DNA from: Isurus oxyrinchus
Taxonomy: Eukaryota
Direction: 5' to 3'
Assembly (NCBI GenBank): GCA_026770705.1
Contig: JANJGN010000034.1
Location: 5,766,001-5,830,000 of the forward strand
Length of the DNA stretch: 64,000 nucleotides
Made by a program: the position numbers and the translations under genes. The notes beneath the pieces are model-generated. The model was not told where the DNA came from. It searched no databases and saw only the letters and a list, made by a program, of their open reading frames with translations. Shown here in pieces: positions 1 to 11,700 of this stretch (the first letter of the stretch is position 1; each line of letters opens with the position of its first letter).

Positions 1-1672
1 AACGACCTCCTTAAAAGTAGAGTATGGACTTGCTCCTCCCTACTTGTACATCGTCCTCCACCAAACCCAAACTATACTAGTTCGCAGCACTCTTTGCTTT
101 ATGGCCTGGTGAATGTGTGAGGAAAATATAATAATTTTCTTTTTTTCTTTGTTTTATAACGTATTTGGTTTATGGGGATAAGTATATAGGTTTGTCGCTG
201 CATGGCGCAGTTATATTTAGAATCAAGTGCATGTCTAATGGAAATCATTAAAATATTTTCCCCAATGTATATGCATATATATATAGAGTGGGGAAGATAC
301 AGCTTGAAAGACCTATGGAGCAAAGTAATTTAGATACTGAAACGAGAGAAACATATGTAAAGGAGACTGAAAGGCTGTTTTTCAGAATGCCATGTAAGAA
401 GTAATAGGAAAGTGCTCAGTAGCCTTAATGAATCCTCCACCATTTGTACCTCGGAGTGCTATATACTGAAACTGAGGTTGGGGAATATGCATTTGGAATT
501 TCACTTTCCAATGGTTATTGTGTTAACTGGCTGGTCCTGTTTTAAGTGTAAAACCTATTCTGCATTGTTGTTTGAAAGGGAATGTAAGTGGAAGCCACAT
601 TAATTAGGAATGTGTGGAGTTACTATATTGGTCAGAAATTTAAGTTCTATGTATGGTTGACATCTTTTATTTTGTTCTTGAATACTCTACTTTTAACTTA
701 CCTTACTTTCTATTGGTGGAAATATTATTACTGAACTCAGTGTACACATCAGGCAATGAAGATAATCTGCATAACTGTTGTGATAGTGCGACAAGGTTTC
801 CCTCCTGCATTTGTTGCGCCTGGCACATGTCATTCCCCACGTCATAATACAGGCACCTTGTTGCGATCACTTAATCACTGTTTAACACGCCTCCAGGTAG
901 CGTTTTTTTAAAATTATTGGCAAATTATAGAGATAGTTATCATCTCCGGGTGGAAGGGTGTGGTGGCAGCGTTGACATTAGTAATGCTGCTTGTAACTGT
1001 TTTTTTATTACTCCCCCTTCTTTCAATGTTGCTGCTTCTAAGGGGAAATTGCTCGGAAAAATTTTTGGAACTTTGAAAAAGAAAAAGCCATTAAATACTG
1101 AAATCATCTTCAGCTTTTTCAAGAAATTCATGATTGGCCTGGGTCCTTACTCTAATTGCCAGGACCTGATAATATATGTTAACTTATTTAGTTAAAAGAA
1201 CAAGCATTTTCTTTTTGACTTTTTAAAAAAATACTTAATTTAAACCAAAACAGACAACTGACAATGCAAGGCGTTTACACATTTCTGCTGATGATAGGAT
1301 TATACCGACAATTTCATGATGATGAATGCATTGGCCACAATAATTAATGTGGTTTTCCAAAATATCAAAGAAGAGAGCGATGTACAGAAATGATGGCAGA
1401 GATGGCAATTGTTATGGCAATATTACGGATGTTGATGAAGGCAATGACGAACATTTCTGTTATCAATATCTTCAAAATTTCACTCACCATTCCGAAGCAT
1501 TGCTATTTTTAATTAACAAAGCCAAATGCTCTAATCCAATACAAAAGGTTATTATTAAAAACAATTGAACATTCAGCACGGATGTAGTTGCAAATGTGGG
1601 TGCGGTACATGAGCTGTTGCTGAAATCAGAATGTCTGGGTTGTTTGAAGGGGCTTATTGTTTCTCTTTTCAG

Positions 1673-1708
1673 AGTTGGATAATGCCAAGAAAGCTTCAGA
1701 CGGTTCAG
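1673..1708 (+). CDS. 36-nt phase 1-1 micro-exon of coiled-coil repeat gene, (E)LDNAKKASDGS
   Basis: Acceptor tttctcttttcag, donor gtagtg, 36 nt, no stop; near-identical paralog at 9238 with homologous flanks. Confidence 0.7.
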
Positions 1709-2274
1709 GTAGTGACACAATAAATGTTTATGTAAACGAAAATGGTTTTGCTCATTATTGCTCAGTCTAACTTTATAGCATCGATGTCAATCATATGTTT
1801 TCGTAAACATCAAAGCAAATTAATTTTTGCTGGGACGTATAAATGATCCCAGATCCTTTGCTGCACAAAGGTAATCGCTATTGCCATTCTCCAGAATTTT
1901 GGGGATTATATTTTTGGATCGTATTGGATTATCAAAAGTCTTTTTTTCACAGTTGCAAAGAAAATACAATTGCCGTTAACTTGTAATACACGTGTGCCTT
2001 CATTGCAAAACATAGAAGCTCCATGCCGGAAGATAAAGTTTTACTGATGGCAAAAAAATAATAATTTTTGATGGAATTCATAAAATTAATGTCCATCACG
2101 ATAAATGTACTTTGGAAGCTTAAGGGTCCCATATTCATTGCGTCCCTTGGCCGGATGGTTTATAATTCTAAACTAGATCGCCCATTGCTACTGGATCTGC
2201 AGGGCCTTATTTTCTAAATTTCCATAGTTTCTGGAACTCATGTATCAATTTGAATATTTGTTCACTGCAATATT

Positions 2275-2712
2275 TGGGGAGGTGATGGCATAGTCGTGAT
2301 GTCACAATATTAATAATCCACAGGACCAGCCTAATATTATGAGAGTAGTAGGTACAATCCCCCAACATGAAAGCTGGAAGAATTGGAGGTCAATTAGTAA
2401 ATCGAATAAAGCTAGTCTCAATATTGGAAGCCGTAAAACTGAAACCAATTGTCACAAAAAACTCAACTGGCTTCTTCTTTATGGAAAGTAATATCCCATC
2501 CTTACCTGGACTGATCTACATTTGTAGCCATGATACACCATGTTCCATGTGTAATTGGGCTGTCCTACGTGTGACACCAGACCCAAAGTAATGAAGTTTG
2601 CTCGTGGCTGTGCCTGGACATTTTCTAACAACCCTCTTAGTTCCAGAGCAATCAGGAACGAGCAACACATTCTAGCCTTGGCACAGTCGACAACATTCCA
2701 TTAAAGATGAAG
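2275..2712 (+). mobile_element. Degenerate tRNA-derived SINE
   Basis: A-box-like tggcatagtcg head; body motif ccatccttacctgg shared with the copy at about 10900-11270. Confidence 0.55.
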
Positions 2713-4721
2713 TAATATTGAAGAAAGGTAAAGTTTACATTGCAGTAACTAAAGCCAAACATAACTGGATTGGTCCCTGTGACGAGATGTTGCCTTATTA
2801 TAAATTGCTGATCAATTACGGTGAATATTCTCTCAAAAAGAAAGAAGAGGGTCACTTTGGACCATACTAAATCAAGATGGACTTGTTCCAGGCGACCATG
2901 TTAGATTTTTCTTTTTCCGCTGTCCTGATAAACGGGTGCAATGGGTTACATACTGAAGATAAGGCTTAGGGCTTGTATGTGACAAAATTAAAGCATTAAA
3001 ATTGCTGCGAATCATTGAGCTTTTCACCGAAGACGGCTTTGGCTGGTCCCTTTTTGAAAATACTTAAGGTTGAGATTAACATAACATGAACCTTTCATGG
3101 AACCAAGTGTCAAGGGGAGCCAGTGCACAAGCAGAGTTAGCTCTAAGGTCCTTACCTTCCACTGCTGATCCTTTTATTTGTGTGTTCTTGTATTCTTGTG
3201 AATTAGCTTCCAAATTTGCAAATCATACTAAGTGCCTGCTGCAATCATATGGCCACAAATGATGCTGGACATCTTTTAAAAAAACGAATGGCGACTTTGA
3301 TTAGTATTGTTCAGAAGGCATTTCTTCCTTTCCTGCCTCCTGAAAAGTCCGTCGAGTGGACATGCCCACCATATCTGCCTGACCCGCAGCCGTTAAACGC
3401 TCAGATGAAGTTAATTGCCTTCGGCCGCGACTTCTAGAGTGCATTTGATAGGAATTCCACCTCAGAGAGCTTGCCGGTCAATCTCATAGGCGAGGGGCAT
3501 TTTTTTTTTTTTGCAGTTCCTGCGGCGCTAGAAGCTACAATAGACATAACTGAAACTACAAACATTACAGCGAGATAAGTCCCAGTAGCCCAGGAAAAAG
3601 GGAGTTTTGGTGGTAAAAACGCGTGAGGCCTGAGGAGTCTTAGTATAAGCCGTTTTGATGCTGGTGTGAAGGGAGGCACTGAGGAGCTTCTCAGGGATAA
3701 GAATATTCCGGTGTGGCGCCAAGTCATAATCTTAGTTTGCTTGAAGGGTATGACACGAAGATCCAGCAAACCAACTCCCCACTCCAACTCCCGGAAGACC
3801 AACCAAGACACCCCTTCACCACCACAACCCACAACCCTACCCTTCCCTCGCCCACCATAGTCCGACCTAAAGCATGAAAGTAACGAGATACTGGACAAGT
3901 GTGCATAAAATGTGAAAGTGTAAAGCCGCCTTGAAAGTTCCTCAGAAAGCTTGTTTCAAAGTTTATAATCACTGGAAGAGATTATTTTTGACGCATTTGA
4001 TGTTGAATGGTGGCACATACTGCATAGTGAAATGGGTTTAAACTATTCAAACACATTAACGCTTATGAGCAAGTGATGGCTGTGTAGAGATCCACCTGTC
4101 ACCATTCATGACCTAAATGCTTATTCTACTGTCAATTGCATCAATGCACCTCAGGGGAAATGGCCTTTTGAACCAGCTGGACTATGGCAAGAATTTGATT
4201 TAACCCCCTGCAAGCCCTTTCGGTAAAATATGTGATCATATTCACCGAAGGGAGGCAGAAAAATCCAGTTATATTTAAAGAGGTCCTGGTTTCAAATCCG
4301 TCTATCATCTCGCCCCACCCCACCCACCGCCCCCCCCCACCCGCCAACCCTCCGATTGCAATGGATCATTTTCCAACATGACAATTGTACAAAATATTTG
4401 CGTTCCTCTAATTCAGCCCATATTTGTATCAACATTTCCTGCGGCTAACACCATTAATGCCAAATGCTTAGTGTCTGAATGTATTTAATACTTCCTTGAA
4501 CATATACCCCGCCAGATTAATCTCATCTATATTAAAGCTCTCATTAAAAACAGTTTTTCACAAATTATTCGGTCACACATCACAACATATCTTTCGATGC
4601 TTCGTTTTCAATTTGTTCAGCTGGGACTCTGGTGTGCACGTCTGGCTCTTATTTGCATTATTTTGCAATGAGGATTTTTTCCAGAATGCGTCTTCCAAAC
4701 ACAAGTTAATGTCGATTGAAT

Positions 4722-4856
4722 AAAAGCAAGATACTGCGTTTGCTGCAAAGCATAAAGTAAAACAGAGATTGCTGAAATAGAAACTCAGCCATCCTGCAGC
4801 AACTGGAGAGTTCGAAAGAGAGGTAGGGTTTCGAATGGAACGTGATACTTCTTCGG
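4722..4856 (-). mobile_element. Short Penelope pLTR-derived element remnant
   Basis: aaagcaagatactgcg...aaaacagagattgctgaaa...actcagc resembles the inverted pLTR end at 57181-57270. Confidence 0.5.
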
Positions 4857-5875
4857 TATTAAAGGCATTTAAAAAAGTACTGGTTTCTATGCTATTGTAA
4901 AGAGAAGTGGGAAGTAGAACAAACGAAAAACTGTGGGGTGTGTTGGAGATCTGGAGTGATTAAACACCAAGCATATCATGGAACAAAAGCCGAAGGGAGT
5001 CTTGTCGGATCTAATGGATAATAGAAACATTAATCCAGATATTAATCTCAGCAGCCAGAAATAAAATACTTCCCCAATGCTTCTGAAGTTTAATGAGGAG
5101 CTGTTTTAAAATTCAGTTTACTTCTGATTGAAATACGATGGTCAAAATTGGAAATGCTTTCATGGACATGGCAATTTGGCACAAACATTTTTGGCAATGA
5201 TGCACTGTGCATCACAATAGATGATATAAATGAAACTGAATCGGACAAAAATGGACAATCGGAAAATGCGTCCAGCTTAGAATCTCCGTCAGATAGATTT
5301 CAGTGCCCAATATCTGAGGGAAATGGGATGAAGTAGCCACAGCTTTAAGCAGCATTAATCACCAGGGTGGACATTGCATCCAGGCATCTCAACCGTTTGA
5401 TGGAAGATACACGTTCCTCAAAAGAAACTGATCCATTATGAATGAAAATTAGGAAGGACGTGCCTTAATTCAGTGAAAAAGCTGAAGTGGAGGAAGAGAT
5501 TTTGATATAAATTTCAGAAGTTCTAAAGAGGCTTTCAGACGCCATGGGTTATGTTTATCTGTAATCAACATCAATGGTCAGCGTAGATAGACGTTTAAGT
5601 AGTTTCATAACGTTTTTGGAACATTGCTGAGTGCAAATTGTCTGCCCCCAATTCCAACATTACAATGGTGAGTGTACTTAGATCTCAATTCATTGACTGT
5701 TATTCGTTCTTGGACAATCTGCATTGGGACAGCGGGTAAATAAATGCAAGTTGAATCATGCTATAATAAGCCGTTATTGCAATGGAGAACAGGTTTTTTC
5801 AGCCAACGTGGAGCTAGTCGTCTTCATATCATCAAATTTTGATCAAATAATATAATTGTTTTGTTGGTCTTGCAG

Positions 5876-5911
5876 AACTGAAAAAATGCAAAGAATCTTT
5901 AAAAATATTAG
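5876..5911 (+). CDS. 36-nt phase 1-1 micro-exon, (E)LKKCKESLKIL
   Basis: Acceptor ttggtcttgcag, strong donor gtaaga; matches the E-L-x-x-C-K-K-S-L-x-x-L consensus. Confidence 0.8.
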
Positions 5912-6039
5912 GTAAGAAAGGCACCCTTTTCAGTATAATTTTTTTACAGGGTTAATCCCAAAATGGAGCATATAAAAAAGTGACTCCATGTTCCTGTGCA
6001 GAAAAAGAAGAGCAGCAGCAATGCTGGAGGAGCTTTCAG

Positions 6040-6980
6040 TAAGATAAGAGAAGGGGTAGGCCATTTGAGCAATTGGACTCACAGAGCGATTCAACTGAAC
6101 ATAGCTGATCGACTAACTCAAAATCCCTTGATGTCATTAGTAACCAGAAATCTATCAATCTCTGTCCAGACCATAGTCTATAATTGTGATTACGTAATGA
6201 ATGTCATTCTCAACAGAACAATAACTGGTTTCCCTTTATTTTCAGACTGTGTACACGTGCTTCACAGCCAATCTTCACTATCTAATTCCATTGAAAATGT
6301 TGTATGTTTTAATGAGATTATCTCTACGTCGTTTAATGTCTGTTAAATACAGGCCTAGCCCCCACAAAACCTCCTCAGTGGACAGTCCCGCATGAATTAA
6401 TCTGTAGAAGATCAGCTGCAATGCCTATATGGAAAAAGCTCCTTGCAAGTGAAGTTTATCATGATTCTCCTGCACTCGAAATCTCTTAACATGATAGGCA
6501 AAATACAACTTGAATTCCTAAATATGTGTGGGTGCACGTCGGTCTTCAGTGACATGTGATCAAGGGCATCGAGCTCACATTGGATGTCAAACTTCCAAAT
6601 ATATCATCATTCAATAACTACTGTGCACCCCCCCCCCCACCCAGTTCCTCCTACCAAATTGGACAACTTCACACTAACCCCCATTTTTTATGTTCCATCT
6701 CTTCTGTCCCCGGCTAATCACTAAGCCTGTCCAAATTCTCTGGGAGCCTCTTTGTGTCATCCTCACAATAGGATTCCCACATAATTTTCTCACAACTGTA
6801 AACCTGAAAATATTACATCTGGTTTGGTTGTCCAGACCATTAGTCTAGATTGTGAACAGTTCGGGCTCAATTACGGATCATCTCGGCGCACGACCGCTCC
6901 CTGTCATCCAACATTTGAATTTCCCCTTTATTCCTAATCTCTGGTTTCTGTCAGTTAACCAATCCAGAACCTGTGATAGC
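6040..6980 (-). mobile_element. Degenerate CR1 LINE 3' fragment
   Basis: Reverse-strand CR1 3' end (ataagagaaggggtaggccatt...gctgatc), similar to the copies at 37863 and 46725. Confidence 0.6.
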
Positions 6981-7749
6981 ATGTTACCAAACCCCAACCC
7001 CAACCCCACCCACCCCACTCCATAGAACATAGAAGGTGAACGGTTTACTGAATGGAATTTTCAAGATATCATATTTTTTAATTGTTGTGTAGACTAGGAG
7101 TATGATTTGCAGCATCAAGCCTGGCATGCATTTTAATATGCATGAGTTAGACTTGATCGAATTGAGATATTTAAGATGAAAAAAAAAGGATATTATGAAC
7201 TGACGTAGAAAATAACTATTAACTCAAGGAGCAAGAGGCAGAACAGAACAAAGAAACACGCGGAACAAAAAAAAAACCTTTATTGAGATCTCGGTCTGTC
7301 AGTTGATATTTAGGAAATTGCATCCTCACACAATATGTGGTGCAGAGTTGGAGTTCATACCATACCCATCGCCCATCTGCTCAGAAAATCATTGTGAAGA
7401 GCTAAAATGTACGTTAAATACAATGATTTTTTCGATATGATTCCAAGGCTATTGAGTGTGCGCTGGGTTTGTGGGCCGACGTGGCTGGGATGTGCAGATT
7501 GGAGTTGAGGTCTGCGTCGCCCATGGAATTGAATGGGAAACATTATCGAGAGTCTTACTGGCCGAGAACAATATCTCGGCTGCTGAAACATGGAATAAAT
7601 GAATGGTTTTCAGAGTGGGTGGAGGTTGAGCGGGCGTGGGGCTGCATGAGAAGGAGGTGGTGGTTGTTGGGGAGGTGGGAACTGAATGGCTTTGTTCACT
7701 CATGGTTCATTTTCATGCATTCGACCTTTCTCTATCCCCTTTCCTGTAG

Positions 7750-7776
7750 AAGAAAAACTGAGTCGGTGCCTGGATG
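7750..7776 (+). CDS. 27-nt phase 1-1 micro-exon, (E)EKLSRCLD
   Basis: Long pyrimidine tract ending ttcctgtag, donor gtaaag, 27 nt; Leu at position 4 as in the other 27-nt exons. Confidence 0.75.
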
Positions 7777-9237
7777 GTAAAGTATTGGTTGTTATCTATC
7801 ATAACTTGATTTATCAACAGTAGACTTAAAGGGCAGAAGGAGATCCTTGGACTGGAACAACAATTTCGGTTCCTTGAAAATCAAACAAATGCAACGGCTC
7901 CACAGCCACTTGCCTCGTTTTTAACATGGTTTCAAGTTGTCAAGACTGATACTCCCTCTTATTAATTTTAACTTTCCAGCACGAATCCCACCGTCAACAT
8001 ATTTAAAACTTCAACTATGCACTGCTATATTTCCACCAATAGCGTCTGTAACTGTCAGGTAATGCAGGCCGTGACGCCCAGTCCTGTATCTTCACCTGGT
8101 ACTTTGCATTTGATAAAGATTTTGCACTGGCTGGTCACATTTCCACTTTTTTTTTAAAGTTAGTACCAGTGTACTAATAATTTTGTAAAACTGAATATTT
8201 CAGTGTAAGGTGGAAACATTGCTTCTAATTAATCAGAACCAGGGAACGTGCAGGAAAGATTGTTTTGACAATGAACTCACTTTTAAATAGAAGATGGATT
8301 TGCTCTTTATTATCCGTCCATCGTCCTCCAATAAAACTATTGCAGCTAGCAGCATTCATACGCTTCTGGTTTGGGGACATGTATCACTCCCATTATCGAT
8401 CACTGTTCAGCATGTCATCAGGTGAAATGTATTTTTTTGTTGTTGCACAGTTGTAAAGCTATAAATCACACAAGGGCAGATGCATAAAGTGTCAGCCATG
8501 GTCTCTGTAACAATTCCTGCATTCTGCCTTTAGTCTGTTACCACCATTTCAATAGTATTACATATAGAGTGCATAGCTCCTGCACAGTAAAATACATTGC
8601 ACGCTGCTGCTGAGGGGAAATGAGTCGGTGGTTATGCTGGAGCAATGTACGGCATTTAACCGCAAAATCATGTTCAGCTTTTCCAATGAGCTCGTGACGG
8701 GCTTGTGTCCTTAAATCCACTTACCAGAATTTGGTCATATATGTTCATTTCTATAGTTAACAAAATCTATCATTTTCAGCTTTATTTTTTTTCTTTAAGT
8801 TAATTTAAAGAACAGCAGACTGGATAATGCAAGACGGTTTGACCATTCAGCTGACGATAGGATTCTAATGATAAAATAATGATTTTGAAAGCATGAGCGC
8901 TGAGGGTTATTTTGTTCAACTCGATATCACTGATGGGAGCAACAGACATAAATGGTGATAGTAATATTAATTGTTTTGGTGGTAATGGGAATGGTGATTA
9001 TGTCAATGACGTGCACTTCGCTTAAGAATGCATTCATAATTCCATTAAAATACTAAAGTATGGCTTGTATGCAAATTAGAAAAGCAAAAATGCTCCAATC
9101 TACTGCACGGAGTTATCATCGAAAGCAATTTAACATTCAGCCAATGACGTATTTGCAAACCTAAGTGTGGAACATGCGCTGTTCCTGAAAACAAAACAAG
9201 TGGGTAGTAAGATTGGCTTTGTTCTTTCTCATTTCAG

Positions 9238-9273
9238 AGCTGAATAATGCCAAGAAAGCTTCAGATGCCTCAG
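9238..9273 (+). CDS. 36-nt phase 1-1 micro-exon, (E)LNNAKKASDAS
   Basis: Acceptor ttctttctcatttcag, weak donor gttata; paralog of the exon at 1673. Confidence 0.65.
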
Positions 9274-9679
9274 GTTATAAAATAGTAAACGTTTGTGGAA
9301 ACAAAAATGGCTGTGCCCAATGTTGCTCAATCGGGATTTATAACATGGTGGTCAATCATAGAGTTTTCATGATTTCAATGCCAATAAGTTTTGGCGTGAA
9401 AATATATATGATCTCCGACGTTCTGTCGCCCAAAGATAATCACCATCAACATTCTCCGGAATGTAAGGGAGTGTATTCCTCGAGACAATTCTTACAATGT
9501 TACCAAGAACAATAGGACTGAGGATTGTGAGAGTCTTAATGAAAAGTAAATGGCCACCTAAAACTTGATAGAACTGTGAAAAAAAAGCATTGCAGTCAAA
9601 AGTATATTTAAAAAGCAGATTACATAGTTAATTGTATTGAAAAGTAAGAGAATGGCTCATGCAAGCACTGTTACCTTGA

Positions 9680-11700
9680 AGCAGGAGAAAGGATCATGAG
9701 GAATGTGCAAATGGCAAATGCATTTGAACAGCACTTTGTGCGTGCCTTCACTGCAAAAGCTACCGATCACCTGTAGTGAGGGCTATACTGTGGGCAAAAA
9801 AAAGTATTATCGACAGCAATAAACGAATCTGAGAGACTTTGGACTAACATTCGATGCACACCAGATTTTTATGGCTTAAATTTTAAAGGAGATAGCTGCA
9901 GATTTACCAGATATGTTAGCTCTGATTTCCCAAATTTCAGGTGATTCAGGAACATGCCCATCAGATTGGAAATAACAAATGCAATACTATTGTTCTACAA
10001 TGGATGGAAGCAGAGGAGATGGAGTCATAAGGCAGTGAGAATAAGCACAGTGAGCAGGCAGAAACTTGGCATTGGTAATGAAATAAGTCTGAACAATGCC
10101 TTTAGAAAACCGCTTTATGAGTAGGACAAGCTAACAAAAACAAGTTCACAAAAGGGAAATGCTTGACGAGTTTTCGAGTTTTGCCAAAGGCATCACTTGC
10201 ATTATAGAATAAAATGGAACTGACAGATTTAGTATACCTGGATTTCCTAAAGGCAGTCGATGACGTGCCAGACAAAACGTTAACAGGCAAGATAAGGGCT
10301 AATTCAACTCGTCTCAAGTAAATTATCATCGACAGAAAATTAGTTAATGGCTAGCAGCGACAGAGTGAGCATAAAGAATACATTTTCAGTTTGATAGGCT
10401 ACAACTTGTGGAGTGCAGCAAGGTTGAAAGGATTGACCTTAGACATTTACAATCAATATTAATGAGCTATATGGACACGTAAAGGATAATATATTTGTGC
10501 TTTGATGGAATGAAGCTTGGTGGAATGATAGGCTTCAAAATGACACAGATAAGTTGCAAAGGTTATAGCTAAATTAAATAATGGGCTATACGGTGACAGG
10601 TGCAAAATAAGGTGGGCAAGTGTGGAGTTATTTGTTCGTAGAAATGGAACAGCAGAGTGTTTGGTAAAGGAATGAACGTTGTAAATTCTGATCCTCAAAC
10701 GGAAATGTGTGAGCTCGTAAAAATGAATGCTGAATGTTAACATGTAACTACAGCCGCCTATTCGGAACGAAAATGGCGTGTTGGTCCTAATTGCAAGGAG
10801 AATGGAGCAGAAGAACGCTTAATTCCTAGTACTATTCCAAAGGGCTTTGGTGAGTCCACATCTGGAATACTCTATGGTGTTTTTAATCACCGTGTTGATG
10901 TTGGAGGTGGTGGCATAGTGTTAACATCACAGCATCAATAATCATGGACGATCAGGTTAATGTCCTTAGAGCAGTAGGTTCAAATGTGAGCACAATAGAG
11001 GGAAGAATAGGAATGAAATTAATAAATCATGACTTATTAATGGTGACCATAAAGCTGTAATCAGGTGCCACTAAGAGCCTTCTGGCTCACTTTGATTGAA
11101 ATAAATCTGCCATCCTTACTTGGCCTAGCATACATGTGACGCAAACCGACAGCAGTTTGCCCACTAAGATGCCCTTGGAAATGGCTAAGCCAGCCACTCA
11201 GTCGCATGCCAATAAGGAATGGACAAGGAATCATTGCCTTTCCACAGACGCTGATATTCTGTTAAAGAATGGATAATATTTAACGAAGGATGTGGTTACA
11301 CTGGAGATTGTGCAGTGAACCTGAACTAGAATGGTCCCTGGCAAGAGGGTGTTCCTTATTTTGAGACCCTGAGCAACATCACTATGTACTCTCCAATACA
11401 AATATGAGTGGGTTGCCTGAAAATGGATAAATTAGAAGGTGTTTTTTCGGGTAGAAGCTGTGAGATTGCTTCTGCTCTTCTGGGAGTCGGACATACGGGG
11501 GCACAACCTCAGGATCAGAAACTGATTCTTTAACCCATTTACAATGACATAAATTAACTAAAATGCTTGTGAATCTTTTGAAACTTCACTCATGACGGTG
11601 GTGGGTTGTCCCCTTTTCAATGCACCTAAGCCTGAGATAAACATACCATCACTCACTCATGGAATCAAGGGCATGGCGAGCCCACACTAAAGCAATGTAC
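9680..11700 (+). mobile_element. Degenerate CR1 LINE ORF2/3' fragment interrupted by a SINE
   Basis: Decayed RT motifs: KGKCLT (about 10151), VYLDFxKAxDxVP (about 10230), GVxQG (about 10410); many stops and frameshifts. Confidence 0.7.
10900..11272 (+). mobile_element. tRNA-derived SINE nested in CR1
   Basis: A box tggcatagtg, B box ggttcaaatg, body aaatctgccatccttacttggcc; paralog at 2275. Confidence 0.6.

Noticed and set aside
5518-5547. 30-nt AG..GT segment (E)VLKRLSDAM
   Set aside because: Poor pyrimidine tract, weak donor and a length that fits neither class.
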